From positions 736,001 through 800,000 of the forward strand of contig CP060223.1 of the NCBI GenBank assembly GCA_023898465.1: 64,000 bases of DNA, given 5' to 3'. Positions within the stretch are counted from its first letter, which is position 1. The number at the start of each line of letters is the position of its first letter. Origin of the DNA: Candidatus Nomurabacteria bacterium. GTDB lineage: Bacteria; Patescibacteriota; Patescibacteriia; HK-STAS-PATE-3. Position numbers and translations under genes: made by a program. Below, piece after piece: positions 28,873 through 38,305 of the stretch. Below the pieces are notes generated by a model. The model was not told the DNA's origin, ran no database searches, and saw only the letters and a list, made by a program, of their open reading frames with translations.

Positions 28873-29322
28873 TCAGCCGCTTAATTGCGACTTCACTATG
28901 GCTTGCACGGTCGCGCCATCAGCCTGACCTTTCGTTTTTGGCATAACTGCTGCCATTACCTTTCCCATATCCCCTAGGGAGCTAGCCCCTGTCTCAATAA
29001 TGGCTTCTTGGACGAACTTGGTAATATCTGCTTCAGACATTTGGGCTGGTAAATACTTCCCAATTGCCTCATATTCTGCCTTTTCTTGCTCTGCCAGCTC
29101 TGTTCGGCCGGCTTTGCTATACATATCCATAGCTTCTTTGCGCCGTTTCTGTTCGCGTTTCAGGACCTTCAAAACTTCTTCATCATCCAAAACCTCTTTT
29201 TTCAAGTCAATTTCTTCATTTTTCATGACTGATTTCAGATAGCGCAAAACCGCCACGGCGGTCTTGTCGCTAGAGACAAATGCTTTTTTATAGTCCTCTT
29301 CGATTGTCTGTTGGAGTCCCAT
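28873..29322 (-). CDS. GatB/YqeY domain-containing protein
   Basis: 149 aa matching the YqeY-like architecture (…LREQKRRKEAMDMYSKAGR…). Confidence 0.8.
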   Translation of the reverse strand: MGLQQTIEEDYKKAFVSSDKTAVAVLRYLKSVMKNEEIDLKKEVLDDEEVLKVLKREQKRRKEAMDMYSKAGRTELAEQEKAEYEAIGKYLPAQMSEADITKFVQEAIIETGASSLGDMGKVMAAVMPKTKGQADGATVQAIVKSQLSG

Positions 29323-29326
29323 TCAG

Positions 29327-29608
29327 CTATGTTCTTACTGAGGGTAAACGCGGTCCACTTGGTCGGCCGCCCTTGCGCTTCCGTCGATCCAATTCAGGAA
29401 GCTTTCCCATTTTACGAAGGAGCTCATTTCGATCCTTGATTTCTTTGCGTCGAATTGCGCTCTCACGAATTGCCCGCTTACTGCGAGGCGCTTCGTAATA
29501 TCTTCCTTTTTTTGCTCTTATGAGTAAGCCGCTTTGTTGGACTCGTTTGGTGAAGCGTCTGAGCAAGCTTTCAGTAGACTCACCGTCTTTCTTCTTTACT
29601 TCTACCAC
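29327..29608 (-). CDS. rpsU: 30S ribosomal protein S21 (with basic C-terminal extension)
   Basis: ESLLRRFTKRVQQSGLLIRAKKGRYYE matches the S21 core. Confidence 0.8.
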   Translation of the reverse strand: MVEVKKKDGESTESLLRRFTKRVQQSGLLIRAKKGRYYEAPRSKRAIRESAIRRKEIKDRNELLRKMGKLPELDRRKRKGGRPSGPRLPSVRT

Positions 29609-29757
29609 CGAGATAATTCACCTCCTTACTGAGATGCCCTGTCCGATAGACAGGCCTACGCGCAAACACGCGTACCGAACTTTTAAAGTAAAAAAAATAT
29701 ACCACTTTCTATGGGCCTATGTCAAATGGAAATATACCGCCCTAGATGGGACTTTAG

Positions 29758-30099
29758 CTAGGTAATCCCGGCTACCCGCTCCCCACCAAGTAGGTGAATA
29801 TGGAGATGAGGGACTGACTGGCCACCATCCTGACCCACATTCATGACAACTTTATAACCCGACTCTGCAATTCCCTCTTTGGCAGCTGTACGGCGTAATA
29901 CATCGAGAAGCTTCCCTAGTAAGGCGTCTTGTCCATCACCTAATGTTGCGAGACTCTCAATATGCGTCTTGGGAATAGCGAGAATGTGAATGCGCGCCTT
30001 TGGATAGACATCACGAATAACCATGAGCTCATCATCTTGATAAAGTGCCTCGCTTGGTAGCTCGCCTTGTACGATCTTACAGAAGATACAATCGCTCAT
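29758..30099 (-). CDS. HIT-family (histidine triad) hydrolase
   Basis: HLHIHLLGG histidine-triad motif. Confidence 0.85.
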   Translation of the reverse strand: MSDCIFCKIVQGELPSEALYQDDELMVIRDVYPKARIHILAIPKTHIESLATLGDGQDALLGKLLDVLRRTAAKEGIAESGYKVVMNVGQDGGQSVPHLHIHLLGGERVAGIT

Positions 30100-30112
30100 C
30101 TTCTTCCTAAGC

Positions 30113-31540
30113 TTATAAATCGAGCTTCTGTTGCGCTTCTGAAACGCCTGATTCCTCTTCCATTTTTGCTACAACCTCTGGATCAGCTGCTTGGAGTTGT
30201 TGTGACTTACCTCGTTGCAGGCGCTTCACCACTTCATTTACAATTTTCTGCATATCTACCACTTCCTGAATGCCGTTTTCCATATCACGGATGAGAATTG
30301 TTCCATCCATCATCTCTTTTTGGCCAAGAATCAGTGTATATTTTGCATTCACGCGATTGGCTGCTTCTAACTGAGGTTTAATGCCGTCTTTGCTTAAACT
30401 CTCAGCCACTCGGACGCCCTGAGCTGACAATTCGCCAAAAAGTTTAATGGAAAGTTTACGGGCTGGGTCACCTAATTGTGCCAAAAATACATCGGCATCT
30501 GGCAATGCTTGCGCTTGAACGCCTTGTTCATGCAATCGATTAATCAGACGCTCAATCCCGCAAGCCGCACCCACGGCTGGCGTGGCTCGTCCGCCAATTT
30601 GTTCAATTAGACCGTCATAACGACCGCCACCACCGAGCTCAATCACTCGATCATCCCCTTCTGAGAGAACTGGTAGGAACTCAAAAGCTGTTTTGGAGTA
30701 GTAATCCAATCCTCGTACAATTCGTGGATCAAGCGTATACGGAATTTCTAACTCATCAAGGTATTCCAGCACTGACACAAAGTGCTCCCGGCTTTCTGTA
30801 TTCAAGTGATCTACGGTTTGTGGCGCTGTTTCAGCTAGAGTGCGGCATCCTGTCTGTTTGCAGTCCAATAAGCGGAGGGGATTCTTTTGCATACGACGCA
30901 AACAGTCTTCACATAGCTCACTCTTGTGGGACTTATAGTAGTCCAATAAGGCTTTTTCATACGCTGCCCGACTTTCCTTATCACCTAAGCTGTTCATATG
31001 CACGTTCACCGGCACTTGCAAACGTCGAAACACCTCATAAGTCATCGAAATTATCTGAGCGTCAACAACAGGGTGCGCATCGCCGATCGCCTCAAAGCCA
31101 AATTGAAAAAACTGACGATAACGACCAGCCTGTGGCCTATCATGTCGAAAAAATGACTCAATATAAAAGACTTTTACCGGCTGCGGCTGATTTAACATCC
31201 CATGTTCAAGGTAGGCCCGAGCCACGCCAGCCGTCCCCTCAGGCCGTAAGGCTAGGGATTCGTTGCTACGGTCAGTGAAGGTGTACATTTCCTTTTCCAA
31301 TACATCAGTCTCTTTGCCGATAGTACGATTAAACAAAGCTGCTGGTTCCAGCACCGGGGTTTCAATCTGCTCATAACGATATTCCATTGCCACCTGACGC
31401 ACTGTTTCCTCAACTAAACGCCAATAACCCTGTTCACTCGGCAGAATGTCCTTCATACCACGAACGAGCGTTGGGGTTTTTGGCTGATTGCTTCGCTTCG
31501 GGGCTGCTTGTTCAGCTGTATCTTTTACTTCTTTGCTCAT
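30113..31540 (-). CDS. hisS: Histidine--tRNA ligase
   Basis: Class II aaRS motifs (GMKDILP, LRPEGTAGVARAY) and a C-terminal anticodon-binding domain. Confidence 0.9.
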   Translation of the reverse strand: MSKEVKDTAEQAAPKRSNQPKTPTLVRGMKDILPSEQGYWRLVEETVRQVAMEYRYEQIETPVLEPAALFNRTIGKETDVLEKEMYTFTDRSNESLALRPEGTAGVARAYLEHGMLNQPQPVKVFYIESFFRHDRPQAGRYRQFFQFGFEAIGDAHPVVDAQIISMTYEVFRRLQVPVNVHMNSLGDKESRAAYEKALLDYYKSHKSELCEDCLRRMQKNPLRLLDCKQTGCRTLAETAPQTVDHLNTESREHFVSVLEYLDELEIPYTLDPRIVRGLDYYSKTAFEFLPVLSEGDDRVIELGGGGRYDGLIEQIGGRATPAVGAACGIERLINRLHEQGVQAQALPDADVFLAQLGDPARKLSIKLFGELSAQGVRVAESLSKDGIKPQLEAANRVNAKYTLILGQKEMMDGTILIRDMENGIQEVVDMQKIVNEVVKRLQRGKSQQLQAADPEVVAKMEEESGVSEAQQKLDL

Positions 31541-32157
31541 TGGTTTGCTCCTGTGTCTACTACCGTATCATTACGAGAAAAATGGGTAAGTTTATCAAAA
31601 GGCCAAGCCCGAACCCAGATTCGACCAACGATCGAGTCTCCGGAAATAGGCCCAAATATACGCGAATCCAAACTTGATGGTCGATTATCGCCCATCACAA
31701 AGTATTCATTATCACTCAGGGTGACATCCTCGGTGCCATTGGTATAGATACTCTCAGGCAAATAAATAGATTCATCAAGGGTCATGCCATCCGGGTGCTC
31801 ACTATTAATGATTTGAATTGTGCCGTGTTGCAATTTTACTTCTTCGTTCGGCAATCCAATAATCCGTTTAATATAGAATTCAGACTCCTGTCGTGGATTA
31901 TGAAAGACCACTACTTCACCACGTCGCGGCTCAGAGATGCGATAACTCAACTCATCAATAATAAGGTATTCATTATCATGAAAATTCGGCTCCATCGAGG
32001 CGCCCTTCACATAAAAAGGCTGCATGAGAAAATAGCGAACCGGTACGATAATCGCCAAGGCGATAATCACTACTTTTAACAGCTCGACAAAAAATAAGCC
32101 GGCTGAAGTGGCAAATCCCGGAACTATCTTATCTTCACGACCAGCCATATCTGCCAT
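31537..32157 (-). CDS. lepB: Signal peptidase I (S26 family)
   Basis: GASMEPNF (catalytic Ser) and GDNRPSSLDSR motifs. The listed ORF start at 32313 overlaps the tRNA-Val gene. Start taken at the internal Met (MADMAGRED…) with RBS AGGAAA. An alternative start is at 32232. Confidence 0.8.
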   Translation of the reverse strand: MADMAGREDKIVPGFATSAGLFFVELLKVVIIALAIIVPVRYFLMQPFYVKGASMEPNFHDNEYLIIDELSYRISEPRRGEVVVFHNPRQESEFYIKRIIGLPNEEVKLQHGTIQIINSEHPDGMTLDESIYLPESIYTNGTEDVTLSDNEYFVMGDNRPSSLDSRIFGPISGDSIVGRIWVRAWPFDKLTHFSRNDTVVDTGANQ

Positions 32158-32282
32158 TTTCCTAGTTCCAACTGGTTGTAATGATTTATCGTCCTTGGAA
32201 TTTTTTGTAGACCGATATTCTGTTTTTGGCATAAGGCCGTTTTTGAAAAAATAGAAAGCGAATGAAGAAAAATTTCCTGGTG

Positions 32283-32356
32283 GACGATGGAGGAGTCGAA
32301 CCTCCGACCTCACGAATGTGAATCGTGCGCTCTAACCAACTGAGCTAATCGTCCAT
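32283..32356 (-). tRNA. tRNA-Val (anticodon CAC)
   Basis: Manual cloverleaf: GGACGAT/ATCGTCC acceptor, GCTC/GAGC D-stem, anticodon arm CACGA-TTCACAT-TCGTG, TTCGACT T-loop. Confidence 0.8.
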
Positions 32357-32503
32357 AGCAGACCTACGCCACAGAATCATCCGAGAAAACCGGCCATTTT
32401 CGTGAAAATCGAGTGCACAATACCACACAAAAGGGGCTGATTCAAGCTGGGACTAGGCAGACGCACCTGCTTTTGCCATACTGACTCCATAGCAACTTTT
32501 CTT

Positions 32504-33175
32504 ATGGAAGCATTTGCCGCGTTTGACGCCTTTCTCCTTATTCTATGGATTCTCCTCCTGAGCCAAGGCCGGCTTAGGTCGATGCTCTTACTATCCAGCC
32601 TATTGAGCATTCCGCTTGTGGTACTCGCCACGCTTTTGCAGCCTGACTACTATGATCCACCTGCTTTTACCTCGGCGCCAATTGATATCGAGCGGTTGAT
32701 ATTTCTCTTCTTAGCTGGAGGAATTGCTGCCACGATATACCCAGCCATGAGTCGACAGTATTTTCTACCGATTAGCAATGGCCGAAATATGTGGCCGGAA
32801 CGAGTTTTTGTCCCACTGGGAATTATCACGATAATTCTTTTGCCGCCCGTCCTCTTCCACTGGAGCGCTATGCACGCATTAGTACTCGGTGAAGTTGTAG
32901 GCGTCTTGCTGGTTATCTGGATTGGCCGTGACCTGCGGAATATCATGCTTGGCTCTGCATTATTAAGCGGCCTAGGCTATTTCTTGCTGCTAAAGCTCTG
33001 GTCGCTCCTCTTCCCTGATGTCCTGGAGCTTTGGAACCCCGAAGCGTTTTGGGGCATTCACGTATTGAACGTACCTCTCGGAGAGCTCGTACTGGCGCTA
33101 CTCTTTGGCGCACTCTGGGGACCCCTGGTCGCGTTAATCTTTCACCGACACCTCACCCGTCAAACGCAACCGTAA
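32504..33175 (+). CDS. Hypothetical polytopic membrane protein
   Basis: 223 aa with 6–7 hydrophobic helices. No recognised motif. Confidence 0.45.
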   Translation: MEAFAAFDAFLLILWILLLSQGRLRSMLLLSSLLSIPLVVLATLLQPDYYDPPAFTSAPIDIERLIFLFLAGGIAATIYPAMSRQYFLPISNGRNMWPERVFVPLGIITIILLPPVLFHWSAMHALVLGEVVGVLLVIWIGRDLRNIMLGSALLSGLGYFLLLKLWSLLFPDVLELWNPEAFWGIHVLNVPLGELVLALLFGALWGPLVALIFHRHLTRQTQP

Positions 33176-33222
33176 CGCAGATGGCTGCGTCACGGCTACG
33201 GGGATATTCAACGTACACTCAA

Positions 33223-33780
33223 CTATAGCTCGCTAGCTGGTCCACGGCCACGGGGGTGTCCAAAGCCATGACCCATACTATCGTCTGCTTGATGAGCGGC
33301 ACGCATTTTTTCGTGTAGCTCGACATGGCTAATGCCATATTGGTCGAGCAATTCAGGAAAGCTCTTGCTCTCCAGCTCTGTTTGGAGCTCATCCACACTG
33401 ATGCCGAGGATGTCGGCTTTTGTCTGCAACATGGATTGATAACGAGTTTGTGTCTCGCTTACCCGCTGGTTAATTTCATCCTCACTCAAGCCCTGCTCGC
33501 TGAGACGCGTTCGCAGTTGCTCAAGCATCTTGGCGTGAAATTCCTCTTGGGTAAGACCTTGCTCCTCCACGATATCGCGGAGATCTTTTGTCTCTAACTC
33601 GGATCGAAGCGCATCTGCGTCGAGACCGAGGATCTCTGCGGTGTCGTCAACTTGTTGCCCACCCTTGCCCATGCCAAAGAGGCCATGAGCTGAAGCGATA
33701 TTGCTTACCAGCGCAGTTGCGCCGATAATGCCCATAACCGCTACGGTGGCAAAGAGTACTTTGTGCTGCATTGTAGTCAC
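33223..33780 (-). CDS. Secreted repeat protein with LTXXQ motif (Spy/CpxP-like periplasmic chaperone family), putative
   Basis: Signal peptide/TM followed by two internal repeats (…LGLDADALRSELE…GLTQEEFHAKMLEQL… / …LGISVDELQTELE…). An LTQEE motif is present. Confidence 0.5.
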   Translation of the reverse strand: MTTMQHKVLFATVAVMGIIGATALVSNIASAHGLFGMGKGGQQVDDTAEILGLDADALRSELETKDLRDIVEEQGLTQEEFHAKMLEQLRTRLSEQGLSEDEINQRVSETQTRYQSMLQTKADILGISVDELQTELESKSFPELLDQYGISHVELHEKMRAAHQADDSMGHGFGHPRGRGPASEL

Positions 33781-33834
33781 CTCCTCAGGTTTAATGTGTC
33801 TGTCATTACTACAATGCAGGGAGGGATTTTCTTT

Positions 33835-34554
33835 CTAGTACGCGTTTTCGCGATAATAATGATAGACTCGCGGCTGACGTCCAGGTAAGCTCACGTGCAG
33901 TATTTCATCAGCGTTATAGCTGCTCGCGTCAATCCGATCGCCTAACACCTGTGCCCACTCACCAACCCGAATTGGCACATCAGGCCGAATCAAGGTGTCG
34001 TTGGCATAGTAGATAACAAAGTCATTTCCATTTGGCGCTACCAGGAGAAAACCAGGGTCACTTACCTCGACAATTTTTCCTGATACCCAGCTATCGCCTG
34101 AGTAACGCTCATGCATTATCGGCTCTAGGAAGCGAATACCACGCGCTGAATCTGGCACGCCAGCTTGATCAAGTAAAACAGCAAAGAGCGTGACGCCGCC
34201 GACCATGCCAACCGCTACCCATAGAAAGGTGTGCTTGTAAGAAAACTCGTACTTGCGCATCAGCCAAATACCTAGAGTGATACCAACTACTGCGACGAAA
34301 ATTGGGATCCACGGCACGTTCTCGATAAATGGACCAATACCGCCGTGACCAAGGTAGCTCAAAGGCTGGTGCACGCGTAATCGATAGAGCACCACGCTGA
34401 AGAAGAAGAGCGTCAGCGCCATACTAGCCAATAATCCAACGCTCAGCGCTATACCACCTATGATGAAATAGGCCTTCGGGCGCATCTGGAGTTTTTGCTC
34501 CTTAATCTCCTGTGTAATTTGTTCAGCCAGTGACGGCTTGGGTTTCTCGTTCAT
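33835..34554 (-). CDS. Putative anti-sigma factor (membrane protein encoded directly downstream of, and overlapping, the ECF sigma gene)
   Basis: 239 aa with a cytoplasmic N-terminus and 3–4 TM helices. Overlaps the sigma gene by 32 nt. Confidence 0.45.
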   Translation of the reverse strand: MNEKPKPSLAEQITQEIKEQKLQMRPKAYFIIGGIALSVGLLASMALTLFFFSVVLYRLRVHQPLSYLGHGGIGPFIENVPWIPIFVAVVGITLGIWLMRKYEFSYKHTFLWVAVGMVGGVTLFAVLLDQAGVPDSARGIRFLEPIMHERYSGDSWVSGKIVEVSDPGFLLVAPNGNDFVIYYANDTLIRPDVPIRVGEWAQVLGDRIDASSYNADEILHVSLPGRQPRVYHYYRENAY

Positions 34555-35095
34555 ACAAAGTTTTGAGTAACTTTTTACCCCGGTTAATACGCGTCCCCAC
34601 TGTCCCGATCGGAATGTGGAGCACGTCGCGAATTTCTTCGTATACTAAATCTTGAAAGTAGAAAAGGATGAGCGGCTCTCGATATTTAATATCCAACTTA
34701 TCGAGGCATCGCTCAAGCATGCGACGAATTTCTTTGCGCTCAAATTTTTCCTGGGCGCTCTCTTTGGTATCCGGCACCACATGCACTTCCGGCGTTTCAT
34801 CAATCGACACTTCTCGTTTGTGTTTTTTCAATTCATTCATGGCCTCATTATGCACGATGCGATATATCCAGCTAGAAAACTTTTTCTTCACTTGGAAACC
34901 TTGTAAGTTTACAAAGGCCTTGATAAAAGCCGATTGCAAAACGTCCTCCGCCCTATCCGGATCTTTCACCAGAGTGAGCGCATAACGTCGCAAGCGCTCT
35001 TCATATCGCTCTACTACAAAACGGTAGAGTTCTTGATCGCGTTCGCGAACCTGGACAACAAGCTCTTCATCGCTCAATTCGGCTGGGTCTGGCAT
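34523..35095 (-). CDS. ECF-type RNA polymerase sigma factor (sigma-70 regions 2 and 4)
   Basis: Region 2 …LVKDPDRAEDVLQSAFIKAF…; region 4 HTH …REPLILFYFQDLVYEEIRDVLHIPIGTVGTRINRGKKLL. Confidence 0.85.
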   Translation of the reverse strand: MPDPAELSDEELVVQVRERDQELYRFVVERYEERLRRYALTLVKDPDRAEDVLQSAFIKAFVNLQGFQVKKKFSSWIYRIVHNEAMNELKKHKREVSIDETPEVHVVPDTKESAQEKFERKEIRRMLERCLDKLDIKYREPLILFYFQDLVYEEIRDVLHIPIGTVGTRINRGKKLLKTLYERETQAVTG

Positions 35096-35217
35096 ACGGT
35101 ATATATACTACACTAAAAGGCGATTTTTTATTTCAAAGCCTATTTGACACTCCAAAAAATGGGCAGTAGAGTGGACAAGCGATTCCACCACATCTAGCCG
35201 AAAGTAAGGAGGGCAAG

Positions 35218-35523
35218 ATGTCCTTGGTCGTTGTAACACATGATGGTAGCCTGCCATGCAACCGTGGAGGCACGGGTAGGCGTGTTGGCTACTTCTCGCC
35301 TGAATCGCGGATGTATTTCCCTCTGACCGGGGGCAGTGTCTACATCCCGATTCCTCCGCCACCGCCCAAACCTCCAAACTACTTCGAACTTCCGAGAACC
35401 ACCTGGCGTGACCGCTGCATCGAGTGTAATGGTCACACGAGCTGGAAGAGGAAGAAACTCGAAGGCGGCGTGCGTGAGGTCAAGGTCTGCGAAGAGTGTG
35501 GCAAGCTGATGCGTCCGTACTAG
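35218..35523 (+). CDS. Hypothetical small protein with C-terminal CxxC…CxxC zinc ribbon and poly-Pro tract
   Basis: 101-aa ORF. Followed by a strong rho-independent terminator. Confidence 0.4.
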   Translation: MSLVVVTHDGSLPCNRGGTGRRVGYFSPESRMYFPLTGGSVYIPIPPPPPKPPNYFELPRTTWRDRCIECNGHTSWKRKKLEGGVREVKVCEECGKLMRPY

Positions 35524-35533
35524 AGCGTCCGTG

Positions 35534-35569
35534 GACCGCTTCTCAATCTGAGAGGCGGTCTTTTTTCTT
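35534..35569 (+). terminator. Rho-independent terminator (GACCGCTTCTCAatcTGAGAGGCGGTC + T6CTT)
   Basis: Seen directly. A TTGACA -35-like hexamer follows immediately. Confidence 0.75.
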
Positions 35570-35642
35570 GACAGTGCAGCGTATTGTCGTTAAGGTGCTG
35601 GGTCGGAAACTGGACATTCACAAACGCAATGAAGGAGGGACT

Positions 35643-36035
35643 GTGTCATACGATCCAAACGCTTTTTTCCCGCCCTACATGAATTCGACCAACGAGGGTA
35701 ACCAGCATAGCGCCGGCATGCACGTGGTCGGGCTGCAGTTCTTCTTGGACGGCCTGATCATCGGCGGCAAGATCAACGCGCCACTCATCCCGATCACCGG
35801 AATGACTGACGAGGCCACGGCGAACGCGGTGAAAGCGCTCCAGCGCGAGCTCGGCATGAGCGACGTTGATGGCAACTTCGGCCAGGGTACCAGGGAAGCC
35901 CTGCTCCGTGCCACCAGCTTCAACTTCAACACGATCCCTGGATCGATCCGTACCATCCAGGGAATCTGGATCGACCCGGACGGAAATCTCAAGCCTTGGC
36001 CCCTGGCGTTCACCGACGATCTGCCCGGCGACTAG
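35643..36035 (+). CDS. Small peptidoglycan-binding-domain (PG_binding_1-like) protein
   Basis: Start taken at GTG 35643 (RBS AAGGAGGG), downstream of the terminator that lies inside the listed ORF 35496..36035. Motif AVKALQRELGMSDVDGNFGQGTREALL. Confidence 0.55.
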   Translation: MSYDPNAFFPPYMNSTNEGNQHSAGMHVVGLQFFLDGLIIGGKINAPLIPITGMTDEATANAVKALQRELGMSDVDGNFGQGTREALLRATSFNFNTIPGSIRTIQGIWIDPDGNLKPWPLAFTDDLPGD

Positions 36036-36047
36036 GACCCACCCGCG

Positions 36048-36084
36048 CCGCCTCTTCTTTCACGGAGAGGCGGTCTTTTCTTTT
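36048..36084 (+). terminator. Rho-independent terminator (CCGCCTCTtctttcacggAGAGGCGG + TCTTTTCTTTT)
   Basis: Seen directly. Its right arm and downstream ~45 bp are near-duplicates of the 35534 module. Confidence 0.75.
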
Positions 36085-36111
36085 GACCTCGCAGCATCTT
36101 GGATGTATGTT
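36083..36111 (+). promoter_or_regulatory. Sigma-70-like promoter TTGACC-17-TATGTT upstream of the transposase gene
   Basis: Seen in sequence. About 36 nt upstream of the TTG start. Confidence 0.5.
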
Positions 36112-36146
36112 ACACACAGACAAAGGTGGCGCCTTAGGGTTACCTT

Positions 36147-36722
36147 TTGACCCAGCGCAGAATTTATCAAAACACATACCCATACCATCTCACCACGGTA
36201 ACGAAAAACCGACGGTGGGCATTTCGAGATGTGAAACTAGCATGGAAATTGCACCAGGCAATTCTTGGCGCGTGTTTTGTTAAAGGTTACACCGCGCTGG
36301 CATTTTGCATATTACCGGACCATATACATTTGTTGGTTTGGAAGCATATCCCAGCGCGGGTAGGAGAACCCACGCTGGGCCTGGATGAAATACAAACACA
36401 ATTATTATTCCCCGAAGCCCAGCGCGCGTTCTCTAACGTGCGCGATAACAACCATGATGACATTTCATACTTAATGAAATCAATAAAAGGCACCTTTGCT
36501 CGATCAATTTCCTCCGGCCCCATCTGGCAACCCAGCTTCAATTCCCGCATCGTCGACTCTGATCAACGCCTCTACAACACACTGCAGTATATTCAATATA
36601 ATTATCGTAAACATAAACTACCCGCACACTATGGCCAAGCACCATATACCTTTCTTAATATCCCAAAAAGCATTTACAACATTGACCAAAACCGGTTTTT
36701 CTCGTACGATGGCAGAGATTGA
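36147..36722 (+). CDS. IS200/IS605-family HuH Y1 transposase-like protein, solitary (RayT/TnpA-REP-like)
   Basis: TTG start. YHLTTVTKNRR and ILPDHIHLLV (HuH) motifs are typical of Y1 transposases. No accompanying tnpB or IS ends are evident. Confidence 0.7.
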   Translation: MTQRRIYQNTYPYHLTTVTKNRRWAFRDVKLAWKLHQAILGACFVKGYTALAFCILPDHIHLLVWKHIPARVGEPTLGLDEIQTQLLFPEAQRAFSNVRDNNHDDISYLMKSIKGTFARSISSGPIWQPSFNSRIVDSDQRLYNTLQYIQYNYRKHKLPAHYGQAPYTFLNIPKSIYNIDQNRFFSYDGRD

Positions 36723-38303
36723 TTGGACTTATGTATGCCGGCACCTCGCGCCAAAAAGACCACAAAGAAAAACCCGCCAAAGCAAGCGTCTGAAAAAATA
36801 GCAGAGGCTCAAATTATCATACCTGAGGCATCACCAGCGATAGAGATACCCAAGACTGCAACTCCACACTTCTTTGGATGGAAATTTTTTGTTGTGCTGG
36901 GAATTATCACTGGACTTTCCATGGGCTTTGCTACTTTTTCACGTGTCATTGATCCTCCAAATACCAATGGCGCAGTCGGCACCGAGCAACTCTCCCTACT
37001 CCAACACATTAATCAGCTGGTGGAGAATCAAAACAGACCTTTGCAAGGTGAGTCACGCGACCGGGTGAATATCCTCCTGCTGGGTATTGGCGGCGAAGGA
37101 CACGAGGGCGCCCTTTTAGCCGATACTATCATCCTGGCCAGTCTCCAACCCTCAACTGGAAAAATTGCACTGCTCTCTATCCCTCGTGACTTCTATGTTC
37201 CTATCCCGGGATATGATTGGCGCAAAATTAACAACGCAAATGCTTTTGGAGAAGTAGACGACTACCCGGGCGGTGGTGAACGCTTAACCGCTGATGTGCT
37301 CGAAGATATCTTAGATGTTGATATTCCTTATACTGCGAGAATCGATTTCAACGGCTTCATTCAAATGGTGGATAATCTCGGCGGCATAAGTGTTGATGTG
37401 GAAAAAGGCTTTGTCGACACACGATACCCAACCGAGAACTATGGGTATCAAACCATTCGCTTCGATGCCGGTCGTCAGACCATGGACGGCGAAACTGCAT
37501 TGAAGTTTGTCCGTTCGCGTAAAAGCACTTCTGACTTTGATCGATCGCGACGCCAACAACTCGTTTTACTTGCCCTCCGACAAAAGGCCCTCAACTTCGG
37601 CACTCTGATAAACCCTAGCCGCATATCGGACGTCCTCGGCAGTCTTTCAAGCAATGCACACACAAATATGGAACTATGGGAAATCCTGCGTCTCGCTGAA
37701 CTGGTTGAAGACGCTGACACCACAAACATAATCAATGTCATCCTGGATAGCAGCGCCGACAGTCCGCTTATGGATGATCGCACAACTGTTGACAATGCCT
37801 ACATCGTCCGACCAAGAAAAGGTTGGGATGACTGGTCAGAGCTCCAAGATATTGCCAACAACATCTTTCAACGGGAGGGTGAAGCACAACCCTTAACTGC
37901 TTCCGTGGTCGTACAAAACGGCACTCGTACCGTGGGTCTGGCCAGTGAAACTGCAGACATACTGGAGAGCTACGGACTCGAGGTTATCGATATCGGGAAC
38001 ACAAGCGTCCGTGGTTATACGCAAACCTATATTTATGATATTAGTAATGGTGAAAAGGCTATGGCATTAGCAGCACTGAGACAGGCCCTACCTTTTGCTC
38101 ATGTGTACTCTAAGACCCCGCTCTATCTCAACCCCGACGCACTACTGACCACAGACCTCAGCGGCCGAATTACCGAGATAGCAGTCGAATTACAACAAGA
38201 AACCCATCCTGACTTTGTCGTTATCCTAGGCGACGATACTGATCCTGATGTACTCTTATCTCACAGCAAGACAAGTAGCTCCTCACTGATAACCAGTCGA
38301 TAG
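36723..38303 (+). CDS. LytR-CpsA-Psr (LCP) family cell-envelope phosphotransferase
   Basis: TM anchor followed by the LCP domain (…LLLGIGGEGHEGALLADTIILASL…LSIPRDFYVPIPGY…) and a LytR_C-like C-terminus. Confidence 0.85.
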   Translation: MDLCMPAPRAKKTTKKNPPKQASEKIAEAQIIIPEASPAIEIPKTATPHFFGWKFFVVLGIITGLSMGFATFSRVIDPPNTNGAVGTEQLSLLQHINQLVENQNRPLQGESRDRVNILLLGIGGEGHEGALLADTIILASLQPSTGKIALLSIPRDFYVPIPGYDWRKINNANAFGEVDDYPGGGERLTADVLEDILDVDIPYTARIDFNGFIQMVDNLGGISVDVEKGFVDTRYPTENYGYQTIRFDAGRQTMDGETALKFVRSRKSTSDFDRSRRQQLVLLALRQKALNFGTLINPSRISDVLGSLSSNAHTNMELWEILRLAELVEDADTTNIINVILDSSADSPLMDDRTTVDNAYIVRPRKGWDDWSELQDIANNIFQREGEAQPLTASVVVQNGTRTVGLASETADILESYGLEVIDIGNTSVRGYTQTYIYDISNGEKAMALAALRQALPFAHVYSKTPLYLNPDALLTTDLSGRITEIAVELQQETHPDFVVILGDDTDPDVLLSHSKTSSSSLITSR

Positions 38304-38305
38304 TC

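Noticed and set aside
31537-32313. Full-length listed ORF for signal peptidase I starting at 32313
   Set aside because: The 5' 30 nt overlap the tRNA-Val gene on the same strand. An internal Met with an AGGAAA RBS gives a typical LepB N-terminus, so the shorter CDS was annotated instead.
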